A stretch of 64,000 nt of DNA from Neoechinorhynchus agilis (lineage: Eukaryota; Animalia; Acanthocephala): positions 12,663,480 to 12,727,479 of the forward strand of contig CM121342.1 in NCBI GenBank assembly GCA_051530055.1, read 5' to 3'. A model generated the notes under the pieces. That model was not told where the DNA came from. It saw only the letters and a program-made list of their open reading frames with translations, and made no database searches. How positions within the stretch are numbered: the stretch's first letter is position 1; each line of letters opens with the position of its first letter. The position numbers and the translations under genes are program-made. Positions 52,860-64,000 of the stretch are shown piece by piece.

Positions 52860-55650
52860 CCACCTGTTAATCACGCGGATCACGAGAGGACCGACGCTGC
52901 AAATTCACAAAATCAACTTTGGTCCAAACAACCTGTAGAGAGCAAGCGGCAAACGGAAATTTCAAGTACTCTGGGAGGTGAGGTCAATGCTGCCCGATAT
53001 CTGAGGGTCTCAACACATAATTGCCCGGTCTGTGACAAGCAGATCAAAATTACGAAAGGGGGAGAATTTTGGACTCACGGCCTAAGGGATTCCCGATGTG
53101 TTGGTTCCGGCCTTCTGCTAGCAAACTGTGCTCCTCAGCTCAATGAACCTCGTCAGAACATCCAAACCATCGTCTATTGCACCCCTTCGTTGCTGGAGAT
53201 CGTGCGCCTTTTGCCCCGAAACATCCTGAAGCAGATCCCGAAGGGCGCTCGATTTCAGGTAGCGAAGAGGTATTCAGCCCTGCTGAGCGACTGTCTCGAG
53301 ACAAATACCTAAATTTCTTGGACACGCCTTTTTGCATTCCCGAGACTGGTACTTTGTGCTGGAGTACCATCTGACGAATCCCCTGCTACCCTCATCAAAA
53401 GCCGAGTGTCCTCCTTCGACAACTCGTTTGGAGAGGTCATACGCAAAGATTGCGTTTTTAGGTAAGATTTCTCAAAGCCACCGAATCCGGGCCGAATTTC
53501 AACCCGTTCAATGACCCAGAGAGTGTCTTCTAAACTCGCCGATGGTGATGTGAGAGGCGCGATTCGCATTCTATCATCCACCAACGAATTCGCAAGAGAT
53601 GACGCGAAAACTCTCCAACTTCTCAGAGAGAAACATCCTCCACCCACTGTCATCTAGAATATTCGTAGATGATCCCCTCGTGCACCCCGTTAGAGTTTTC
53701 GATTGATGTAATTCTCGCAAGTGGGTCAGCACATGAACTCGACGGGCTTCGGCCTCAGCATCTAAAGGACATGATGTCCTTCTCCGTAGGCGATCCATCC
53801 CATGTTCTCCTGAATGCCTTGACTCGGTTAGTCGGCGTTTTCTCTGGAGACATCCTGTCCACCAAAGCGGTCGAATGGTTTTTTGGCGCTTCCCTCTGTG
53901 CTTTAGAAAAGAAGGACGGTGGGATTCGTCCCATCGCGATTGGCTCTACATTGAGACGATTAGCAGGGAAAGTGATTTCTAGGCGAGTCTCAGAAGGTGT
54001 TGTTGAAATTCTTCGTCCAGTTCAACTAGGTTGCTGCACACCTAGCCATATTCCACGCACTCCGTACTTTTGAGAACGCCATACCGTGTGTGATCCTGAA
54101 ATTATATTTCCGGAACGCCTTCAATTCCGCTAATCGCGACTCGCTCTTAAAAGCTGTCAGAGAAACCGCATCGGAGGCTTACGGGTATTTTAGAAAGGAG
54201 ACCCGTTAGGTCCCATTGGTTTCGCATGCGGAATTCAATGCATGGTACCTGGACGATGCTACGCTAGGAGGCGATCCCCAGATACTTCGTGACCTGGAGA
54301 AAATCAAGATGGGGACAAGCAATCTGAGCATAGAATTGAACACAGAAAAGTGCGAAATTCTATTCCGTAACATAGAGAGCGGCCCTGCAAAAAAAGAAAT
54401 ATAGCGCGACTTTGAAAATGTTGCACCCGGGATATAAATGATCGACTTAGACCGGCTTAAGCTTTTTAGCAGTTGCGTCTTTGATGGGAATGTAGAAAAC
54501 TAAATTAACAGCCTTCTAGCGAAATTATCGGTGCTTTGAGATAGGGTTTGTAAGCTTGGATCACACAAGGCTCTGTTCTTGATAAAGAACACCCTCTTCA
54601 TCCCCAACTTCCTTTATGTTCTACGCACTGCGCCGGTTTTCAAGCACATGGGTGAGCTTGGCAAGCTAGATAACAGATTGAAGGACTGTCTTGAGCAAGT
54701 TTTAAATGTCCAGCTGTCAGAAGAGGCATGGCGGCAAGCATCCTTGCCTGTATCTTCTGGCGGGTTGGGCATCCGGAAAACAGCAGTTATATCCCTGCCC
54801 GCATCTTTTGGACTCACATGAGGGAAGCAGAAGCGCAGTTCAGCGCATTTTGAAATCTAATTGTCATCTTGATAGGCATTTGAAGAGACCAACTCCGATC
54901 AGATACCTGTGAATGGCCAATAGCAATCTGTGTTGGATCGACCTCTCGTTGTCCGTGGGCAGTCTCCGCTAGAGAATCAGGTGATTGGTTGAACGCGGTC
55001 CCGCTGGCATCTGCGGGTACTCTCCTCTCCAGCGAGGCAGTACAGGTCGGAGTTTCAATGAGACAAGGACTACCGATGTGCCATTCCCCACCGTTGCCGC
55101 TACGGTGCAAATGTGGATTCATCGGGACGTCATGGTCTCATCTGTAGAAAATCAGCCGGCAGATTCGCACGACATGCCGAAATTAACATGGTGCTGAGCC
55201 GGGCACTTGTTACGGTACATGCCCCCAATATTTTGGAACCTGCCAACCTCTGTAGGGACGACGGGCGTAGATCTGATGGGGTGACCGCATTTGCGTGGCG
55301 GGAGGGTAAATGTTTCCTCTGGGAAGCCACTTGTGTCGATACACTTGCAGCCAGTAATCTCAAGTTCTCGGTGGTTCAAGCTGGAGGTGCAGCGAGCGCT
55401 GCGGAAGGATGGAAAACGGCAAAATACCTCAATTTAGCCCAGGCCCATGTGTTTGCACCTTTTGGGGTTGAGAACTACGGATCTCTTGGTAGCGAGGCTC
55501 TTTAACTTCTGAAGGATCTGAAGCGACGCCTTCAGGTTACAACCGGCGATGCAAGGTCAGGTCAATACTTGGTTCAAAATATCAGCATCGCCGCGTTGAG
55601 AGGCAACACTGCAAGCATTCGGACGACAATTGAGGACGAGGACGGCTAGG
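52860..55650 (+). mobile_element. Near-full-length, degenerate CRE-clade RLE non-LTR retrotransposon
   Basis: CPVC..H..C knuckle; DGLRPQHLK; KKDGGIRPIAIGSTLRRL; GDPLGP; WYLDDATL; LNTEKCE; GGLGIR; C-terminal CCHC and RLE (RHAEIN..RRSDG..WEATC..PFGVENYG..RGN). Many stops and frameshifts. Confidence 0.88.
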
Positions 55651-56099
55651 CATATAACAGTTTGTGAGCGAGCGCTAAAATAAATACATATCGATTGCAA
55701 AAAAAAACACGTTTATTGTTTAACAAACAAATATAGAGGATAGGACCCATGTACCTTTAGGTTCTCATAAGCACTCGAGTTAAGAGTTGTTCAAAAAAAT
55801 TCCCTATCAGCAATTACGTTGTACTTAAAAAGATTCAGAATTTAAATTGTGCATTCGTGGACCTCACGGATAGGTGATGTAACTCCTCAGACTGAAGAAT
55901 ACGACGCCGCGAGTTCGAACCTCCAGTCACAATGGGCGTTTCAACCTCATCCATTCGTAGATGACAAAACATGCCCTAAATCACTTAAAGGGAAGGCATT
56001 TTCTGCCGAATTGGTTTCTTGAATGCTAAATTCGGCAAGTGGGACCTTCTACACTAAACAATCTTCGAACAAGAATATGAAATCGATAAAGATTTTTGC

Positions 56100-56240
56100 A
56101 AACACTTAGGCCATATCCCAAAGTAGCAGGTGTATTCCTGCGACAAAATATCTCGCTCGCAATACAACGAGGCAATGCTGCTATCGCGATAGCGACAGCT
56201 GAAGAAGGAGAGAAACTCCAATTTTGCGGACGGTGGTGAT
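56100..56240 (+). mobile_element. CRE-clade retrotransposon 3' fragment
   Basis: AGVFLRQNISLAIQRGNAA..AEEGEKL, same subfamily as 62500-62744. Confidence 0.75.
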
Positions 56241-56736
56241 TACACGTTTTGTACTTTATTATGTTCTTAATATATATCCCAAAATTATCCATCAAGAGAA
56301 AATTCCTCAGGGTTATAAAGCTGGAGCCGTGGTGATCATAATCATAGTAGCGATCGAGAAATAGCTCTATTCCATGAAATATTTCCTATCCGAGATTACG
56401 ATCACCACATCACCACTGAAGGAATGTTGAAAAAAGAGCAGCGTTTGAAGCTTCGAACGTAAGGTTTGCGGCGTAACAAGGAAGAAAATACGAGTGCCAG
56501 GACGAGAAAATAGGATTACAGACGACAAAATGTATTACTGGGCTTTTTCGCGACTTTACTGTAGAGATTTCTAAAATTACTTCGGATGTACATTTCATCA
56601 CGTTCGTTTTAATACGCGATCGCTACATTGATTTAAGTTTGCTAAGCATTATTCTTGTTACATAGTATCAACTTTGTGTTCGTTAAACATTTTCTGAACT
56701 CTTTGCATTAGTTTGTGCCATATTTTATTTTTAAAG

Positions 56737-58666
56737 ATGAATCACGAAAAGTCTCGTTTGACTGAAAAACCTGTACAACGACAGCCTACTTTGAGGCTAT
56801 CATCATGGCACCAAGAGAAGGAAGTTCAGTTACAAGGCTTAAACGATCGCTTGGCTGTTTACATGAAGAAGGTAGCATTCCTAGAAGAGCAGAACGCCGC
56901 TTTTCGAGAGACTTTAAAGTCTTATCAAAACGAAACGGTCTCAGCGAAATCACAACTGCGAAAAATATACGACGATGAAAGATTAGTGCTACGATCATCA
57001 CTGGACGATCTTCATAGAGAAACTGCAAAACTAAAACTGGACAATGACCGCATTTGTGAGCAGTACGAGAAAGTAAAGAACAACGAACGCGAGAAAGACG
57101 TTTTGCTCGACGAAACAGACGAAAAAGTAACGGATGCGGAATTTCGACTGAATGAACTTCAAAGGAAATTCAATGAATGCGAAGTTCAATTGGCAACTGC
57201 GAGCGAGAAATGGAAAATAAGCGAGAATAAAATGACCGAATTGACCGTAGAACTCAATTCTTTGAAGGATGCGCTCGATCGTGAGATTGTAACGAACGTT
57301 GATCTCGCAAATCAAAACCTTTCCATAAAAGAGGAATACGAATTCTCTCAAATTGTATCAGATGCCGAAAGCTCAGCGGTTTCAAAGAGCGTTGTAGATG
57401 TAGAAACTTTAAGAGAAATAATTGTGAGACTAACGAAATCTCTTTAGTGCCACGCTGGTAATCTCACATTTGTTTAAAATAGAAAATATTATGAATGAGC
57501 GTGTGAACATGAGTTTTCAGGATCAGCTGAGCCGATTGCGGAATGAGAGTAAAGAGAAGCTGGAACTTTTAAGGCTCGATTCGGATCAGAAGACGGCGAT
57601 GAGACTGGGAAAGGAACGCGAGCGAGCAGACCGCGCCGCTGATTCGTTGCGAATTATTCAGGAAAATTACAAATTGGCAAAGTATCGATTAGGGGAAACA
57701 AAACGAGAAAAAGAATCTCAAGATCGCCGTCTCGGTAAGCTTTTATCCACAGTGTCAAAGTTGGAGCATCAGATCGGACAATTAGAAACAGCTAATAATT
57801 ATCGTAAAGAAATTAATCATTATTGTTTCAATTTCACTTAGCGATATTCACTCAGAAAATTGATTTATATTGAAAATTTTCGGCCAAAAACTTACAAACA
57901 TTGTAGATCTGACTGCAGAAGGCCAACGAAAAGGCCGAAAATTTTCAATATAAATCAATTTTCTGAGTGAATATCGCTAAGTGAAATTGAAACTAATAAT
58001 TATCATTCTTTGATACAGGAAAAGGAGATTGAAAGATTAAATATCGCAATCGCAGAGTTTCAGGCTAAATACGATGATCTTCTTCAGGTTAATATAACAC
58101 TCGATCGGGAGATTTGTACCTATAAGCAACTCATGGAAAGCGGAGAAGAACGATTGAAGATTGCTCGGAAAAGAACGTTCTCGGATGAAGATGAGGAGCA
58201 GTCGTATGTTTCGTTGGTTTCGTCTGTAAAGACCGAGGGTGCCATTGGGATCAGTAGTGCTTCCGAAGAGATGGTGAAAATCACAGGGAAATCGGATAAG
58301 CCTGTTTCTATTTCTGGATGGCAGCTGAAGTGGTTCGATACAACAGCAACAGACGAAGAACTTCTTGTTGCGTTCAAATTTCCACGAAATTCTACGATTG
58401 ACGGTGAACTTTGCGTGTATTCGTTCAACTCCGGTCCGCGAGGCGCCTTTCGTTTAAAACAAAGAAGCTGGCCGTGCAATGATAATCCGCACGTTTTGGT
58501 TTTAGAAAACGACAAGGGATCTGTGGTATCGAAACTAACAGTTTGTCATGCAAGCGAAGAATGCTTTGAGCCCGAAGTGAAAAAAGAACGGGATTATGGG
58601 ACGAACGAACAAAATGTTACTGGAATTATCAAAGAGAGCATCTTAATTTTGAGGGGAAATATATGA
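56737..58666 (+). CDS. Nuclear lamin (rod, NLS, lamin tail domain); C-terminus may extend to about 58742
   Basis: LQGLNDRLAVYMKKVAFLEEQN, LDREICTYKQLMESGEERL, NLS RKRT, tail ISGWQL..FKFP. Interruptions at about 57418-57520, 57816-58007 and possibly 58611-58709. Confidence 0.92.
57816..58007 (+). mobile_element. 186-nt MITE-like insertion in lamin coil 2 without GT-AG ends
   Basis: Perfect 61-bp inverted repeats 57825-57885 and 57933-57993; ATCATT direct repeats 57816-57821 and 58002-58007. Removal gives LETANNYRKEINHSLIQEKE. Confidence 0.85.
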
Positions 58667-58820
58667 TTTTTTCGAAATTTCCTGCTCATGCGATTTCATA
58701 ACATTTTTTAACTAGTTCACTGGGAAGATGTTTAGTTCTTGATGCCTCTTTTTCATCCTTTTTATCGCTCCTTTCCTATACATTTCAAAAACAATTTATC
58801 GTCTATTCATTTCCTCTGAG

Positions 58821-60560
58821 TCATGGGCATTTAAGGACTTTGACAGTATCTGTGTCCCCCAGTCCCATCCTGGCATTAAACACAACCACGACAGGGTCTC
58901 CACTTTCTAGAACTCCATTCCGTTTTGCTTCCTTAATTCCGAATTCTATTCGTTCCCTTGAGCCATCCAAAGTTGAATCGTCGTCAATGATCGTGGACGC
59001 TTGTTTATCGCATATAACCGCTGAAATTCCTGGTGGCTGAAAGCCACCCATTACCGCGGAGATGATTCCCCTGTGTAGTTTCAATTGTCGTGCGACGTGA
59101 TTTGACTGTGTCACCGCTACGATTACGGCTCGTGGTCTATATTTACTCAGCCGTATGGCACCGGCTCCTGTGCAAGTGCAGACTAATATCGAAGGTGCAA
59201 ACACTCTGAATGACGCTTCGACTGCAGCTATAGCGATTGCATCAGCCGGTTTCAGAGGAGGTTTTGCGAAGAATCTAAGGTCATCAAAAGCCTGTTTGTA
59301 AAATGTACAGGATTCTGCCTCACGTGCCACTTGGTGCATCAAGTATACAGCTTCAGAAGGGTATTTCCCTTTTGCAGTTTCTCCACTCAGCATTACACAA
59401 TCCACTCCATCCAAAATAGCATTGGCTGTTGTAGTCTGATCTAGGAATCAAGATGCAACCCTAAATTAAACTAAATTTACATCACTCACTTCAGCTCGCG
59501 TCGCCCTCGGATTACTTGTCATCGATTCGAGCATTTGCGTTGCACAAATTACCGGTTTACCAACCAGGTTACATTTGGCAACTATCATTTTCTGTGCCAC
59601 AAAAACCTTCTCCGCTGGAATTTCAATTCCTAAGTCACCTCTGGCTACCATAATACCGTCACTCATTGCAATGATCTGGTCGATGTTTTCAACGCCATCC
59701 ATACTTTCAATCTTTGCAATTACTTTGATGTTGGTTTGTCGACTTCCCGGGAGCAAGTACCTCGTGTATTGTTCCAAAAGCCTTCGGATCTCTACGATTT
59801 GTGCTGCGTTATTTATAAACGAGGCAAAAACAAAATCAAATTGGTTCTGAACAGCGAATCGTAAGTCATTCTTGTCTTTCTCACTTACAGGGGGTAGTTC
59901 CAGAGATGCGCCTGGTATATTAACTCCCTTTCTACTTGTTAATTCACCGCCTTCCTCAATTTTACAGTCGACGCCATCGTCGTATACTCTAACGACTCTA
60001 AGCCGCATCAAACCGTCGTTTATAAAAATCAACTGATTGGGCAGTACAGTCGTGGGCAATGCTTTATAGGTGACAAAAAGCACTTTTTCATCACTGTTTT
60101 GCTCGTACTTATTATTAACTGTCAAATAAATGCTTTCACCTTGTTTAAGCATCGTCGGTTTCCTAACTTCGCCCGTTCTAATTTCTGGTCCTTTTGTGTC
60201 CAATGCTAAAGCAATCGTTTGTGGCATGTGCAACTGTTTTAAAGCTTCCCTCAAATTCATAACACTCTCCGTATGATACTCATGACTTCCATGAGAGAAA
60301 TTAAACCTTGCTATGTCCATGCCCGCGATAATCAACTTCTTTAAGTCCTGAACGGAATGGGATGCAGGACCCAAAGTGGCTACTATACTCGTCTGGCGCC
60401 GAGTTATCTTTGAATCGAGTTTCAATTTTCGCTGATGATCCAAATTATTACTTGATTCGTATTCGTAGGTGATTTCCGATCTTAGAGTCGACATTCGTCT
60501 TCGCATCAGCGCCCTTTTAACTTGGGCGGGTAAATTCGTGTGGGTATTAGTGGTGCTCAT
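58821..60560 (-). CDS. PK: Pyruvate kinase
   Basis: [72 protein letters not shown]. One 51-nt gap at 59427-59478. Confidence 0.97.
59427..59478 (-). other. Non-canonical 51-nt hairpin interruption in pyruvate kinase
   Basis: Arms 59430-59445 and 59460-59475 with a 14-nt loop; contains in-frame TAA and TGA. Removal gives RAEVSDVANAILDG. Confidence 0.8.
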
Positions 60561-61772
60561 TCCGAACGATACGGTAACGTAGACCGAAGATGTGTTTAGG
60601 AACAAAAATCATGGGAACCACTTGTGTGTAGAGGATATATAGTATTTAATAGTAAAAAAGAACACATTGCTCTCTAGTCTGAATCATCATCGTTAAAAAA
60701 TGGCCAACTAAAACAATGGCGGAAATGAGTCATTGAACAATGTCAGAGGAAATCGTCGTTCTCGAGTTCGTCATTTTCATTGAGGTTTTTCAAATTGAGC
60801 AGTCTGTTAAAAGGTAGAGAATCGAAAGTGGCGACGCCATCGGGCGCATTTGCACTCTCATTGTAGTCGAAGAGTTCACGTTTTTTTGACATCACTTGTG
60901 CCAAAAAGTCCATTTCACGCTGAACATTTATTGCACTTACGATGCATGTAATCGCAAAGGTGTAATTGGTTTAACAAACAATTATTCTTTTGTTATTTAG
61001 ATCGCTTGTTGACACCCGAGGGAGATCGTTAAAGACGAATACATTTCGAATGATTGAACCGGTCATTGTCAACCCAATTGTTTGTAAGCTTCTAAATATG
61101 TGAATTCGTGTGACCCGAATGCAATACTCAATATAAACAATCATTCGTTTGTCTTTAAAATACCGAACACGCGGGAGACCGGGGTTCTATCCCCGACACC
61201 AAGCCAGCCAGCACGGATTTTATGCGAGCTGCGACGAGGCGGATACTTAGTTAACTTGACGGACAGATGGATGATATCTAACAAGGAGCTAGTAAAGTAG
61301 GCTTAACAAGCCGCAATGAGATTCCGCCTATTCAAGAAACTCAAATTAATCATAAAAAAGAATGGAGAGGCATCATAACTGGACGGATTGATGTTGTCTA
61401 ATCAGGAGCTGGTGTGTGTCTTTAAAAGTGTGTAACTATTAAACGCAATGAAAACGTGAAACTTTAACCATATTTGGTGTAAACTTTTTTCGCTCGCTCA
61501 ATTCTTGTCTCGCATCTCCATCTTCAACGCTTTTAGTGATTATCCGCACCATTGCACCCTATTACGATTGCCCAACTTTATAGCTGAATAAATATTACTC
61601 TTTTGACCAATGTGTCTCTTTAAGTAGTCTAGTTTCCATTCATCCAACTTTTTCTCACTACTAAATTCATCTTTTGCTTTCAAGCTGGAACAGAGTACAA
61701 GCAACCTCGTCGTTGTCTTTGTAGATAAAAAATATAATATTATGGAAAGCCTCTTTTCCCAACCCCCTCATG

Positions 61773-62064
61773 TTTATTCCAGATTTATTATCGAACGGAA
61801 AATGGGTGTTTTATTTGTTTATTGCTTCAAATTTTCGACGCCTTGCGTCTTCGTCAGGAAGCTTTTCTTCGGTTGTCTGAAAAGGAATCAGAGGAGGGCA
61901 ACGCTGTCCGTCAGCTCATCCCTTGACGGACAGCGTTGCCCTCCTCTGATTCCTTTTCAGGCAACCGTAGAAAAGCTTCCTGACGAAGACGCAAGGCGTC
62001 GAAAATTTGAAGCAATAAACAAATAAAACACCCATTTTCCGTTCGATAATAAATCTGGGATAAA
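61773..62064. mobile_element. Long foldback, about 141-bp near-perfect arms and 10-nt loop
   Basis: Arms 61773-61913 and 61924-62064; loop GCTCATCCCT. Confidence 0.9.
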
Positions 62065-62499
62065 AAATATCTCAACGTTTTACTAGCTCTTTGGTTACAA
62101 TGTTGTTTCTATAAATTCCGAAAGCTACTCTTCGTTAAATCTAGCATATATTTTGGTTTTTACTGTTTGCAAACGTATATCCGACTGTCTTTTTGACATA
62201 AATTACGGCTAAAATTAACTATTCTAAAGGCTGAACTTTTGAACATGGAAATCTATACATGCAAATTACCCAGTGTTACTGAAGGGTTTTTATGGATCTT
62301 CTTAGACTGATGCGGGTTTTTTTGTGATTGCTGAGTCAGTAACTATAAGAGCCATGGTGCGAGGACGATGAAGAACAGATAAAGGAGAGAAATGCATTTT
62401 AGATGAACAATTAATAGAGTTGCATGAAGAAGAGAGCTAAGAAATTATTTGCGTACAATGTGGCAAAGGTTGTTTGATTTAACCAAAATCAGTTGCTTG

Positions 62500-62744
62500 T
62501 AAGTTTTCTACAATTTGCTCACTATTTTGTCCCCTTTGGGGTAGAGACGTATGGAGCGCTCGGCAGCTCGGCACTCTCTCTGCTCAAGGATCTCTCGAAG
62601 AAATTGAGAGAGGCAACCGGAGACTCAAGAGCAGGCTTATTTCTTCGACAAAATATCTCGCTGGCAGTACAACGGGGCAATGCTGCCAGCGTGATGGCGA
62701 CGGTCGAGGAAGGACAAAAGCTGGAATTTGGTGGGAGGTGGTGA
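62500..62744 (+). mobile_element. CRE-clade retrotransposon 3' fragment
   Basis: FVPFGVETYGALG..GDSRAGLFLRQNISLAVQRGNAASV. Confidence 0.85.
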
Positions 62745-62749
62745 ATGTT

Positions 62750-63115
62750 TAAATGATTATCAAATATATTATTTTTCCCCATTTCATTTGAAGACAATGA
62801 TTCTTTGTTTTTAATTGTAGAAAACTTACAAACAATCGCTGAAGAAGATCCGAGATAGTGGATCGAAATATCCAATAAAATCTTTATTTCATTTATCTCT
62901 CCTATCGACAAATAACAATGAATTATCTTTTCAGCAAAATCAGTTACAAATGGCTTCATTGGGCCAACATATTTAAACAAAAGGGTCCGAAAAAACTCTA
63001 TACTGTTTTGGGTGTAAACAAAAACACTGATCTTTCCAATATACGATCGCTTTTGTTCGCACTTTCTACTGCAAGGATATTGCGCTATATTAATCGAAAC
63101 GAGCGATTGAAACAA
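62750..63115 (-). CDS. Possible exon(s) of an unrecognised gene
   Basis: Open frame with helical character (PFVTDFAEKIIHCYLSIGEINEIKILLDI); other short open frames near 60775-60975 and 61540-61690 may belong to it. Confidence 0.25.
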
Positions 63116-64000
63116 ACGACCAAAGCTTAAATTACTCGCCTCGGACGACAGATCGCAACCGATTCGAATGACATCATCGAATCCAAAACAGTGATTTCTT
63201 CTAAAGGACCTCTATGTTTTATCTGGATCAGATAGGCGTCAAGAAAAGGCTAGTCAATCGCTAGAACGCCGAGTCCAGTTATGGTTGCAAATACCACTAC
63301 GGCGAAGCAGGGTTGAACCTTTGGTAGCATTGTTCCTCACCTTTATTGCCACTATTTTTACAACAAAAATCAAGTAGTTCAATCAAAGGGCTATCAAACT
63401 TAATTCGGATAAAATTAGGATACATCTTTTGAATTTCTCCAATAAGAATTGGTTTACTTTGCACTTTGCAGTAGAATGTCGAGTTGCATTCCGATTGAAA
63501 ATTGCAAAATGACGAGCCTCGTGTGAAATTTCTTTATTTCGATTTTCATTTTTCATTTTGTTTCCAGAATCTAACAATTTATTCTGAAAACGAGACAAAT
63601 ACGACTTTTAATTTTTTCATTTCCTCACATAAACCAAAAAGCGTGAAATATGCGCCAATTATTTGCAAAAAAATTAATTCGACACTTATTTAGTTTAACG
63701 GGAAGCAGGTTGCGATGCTCGAAATCATCAACACAGTCTAACGATTGTTTGGTGATTTTTGCGTATATTAATGTTTCTTCGCTGAATTGCACTAGAAGTC
63801 ATTGTTTGAGCAACGTTGAGCAAACATCGAACCAAAGAGCGATAAAGATGATCTCTGATTGGCTATTGTCTAAAAGGCGAAATTATATTTTTGCTACCGA
63901 TAATATGTCTTTCGGTACATGAGTTGGTAGGTTTAGAAACGACCTACGACGTTGAGCAAAGTATTCAGACTTCTAAGACTTTAGTTCGCTTTGTTATATA

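Noticed and set aside
55880-55945. tRNA-like GAGTTCGAACCTC segment
   Set aside because: Isolated B-box-like motif with no acceptor or D stem.
13895-59478. Sequencing or assembly errors as the cause of the interruptions
   Set aside because: The gaps are 41-223 nt structured inverted repeats rather than 1-2 nt indels, and one has a related intergenic copy. Read-level confirmation is still needed.
59744-59761. 18-nt GT-AG micro-intron in pyruvate kinase
   Set aside because: Far shorter than other introns here, in frame without a stop, and located in a variable loop.
3791-59850. Short ORFs antisense to the real genes (e.g. 3791-4033, 9306-9572, 37031-37339, 45727-45981, 59575-59850)
   Set aside because: Shadow frames of coding sequence with no recognisable motifs.

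Overview
This is AT-rich genomic DNA from a compact-genome invertebrate animal; the taxon cannot be fixed from sequence alone. Genes supported: neurobeachin/LRBA-like, a possible MAP7-like gene, a two-pore K+ channel, a TspanC8-type tetraspanin, SAP18, an HRG1-like heme transporter, an isolated Hox1/labial-type gene, YEATS4, DPH5, CDK12/13, a lamin and pyruvate kinase. Between them lie decayed L2/CR1-like LINEs, CRE-clade RLE retrotransposons, Penelope fragments (one with a minimal hammerhead), two tRNA-derived SINE families and several foldback/MITE elements. Most introns are ordinary short GT-AG introns of about 42-55 nt. The main observation is a second class of interruption. At least five conserved genes (K+ channel, tetraspanin, DPH5, lamin, pyruvate kinase) contain 41-223 nt segments with no workable GT-AG ends. 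These segments fold as terminal hairpins, often sit between short direct repeats, and must be removed precisely to restore conserved protein motifs. The one in lamin has perfect 61-bp inverted repeats and a relative in intergenic DNA, which suggests a foldback-element-derived, non-canonical intron or excision system. Homolog comparisons are from recalled sequences; no search was run.
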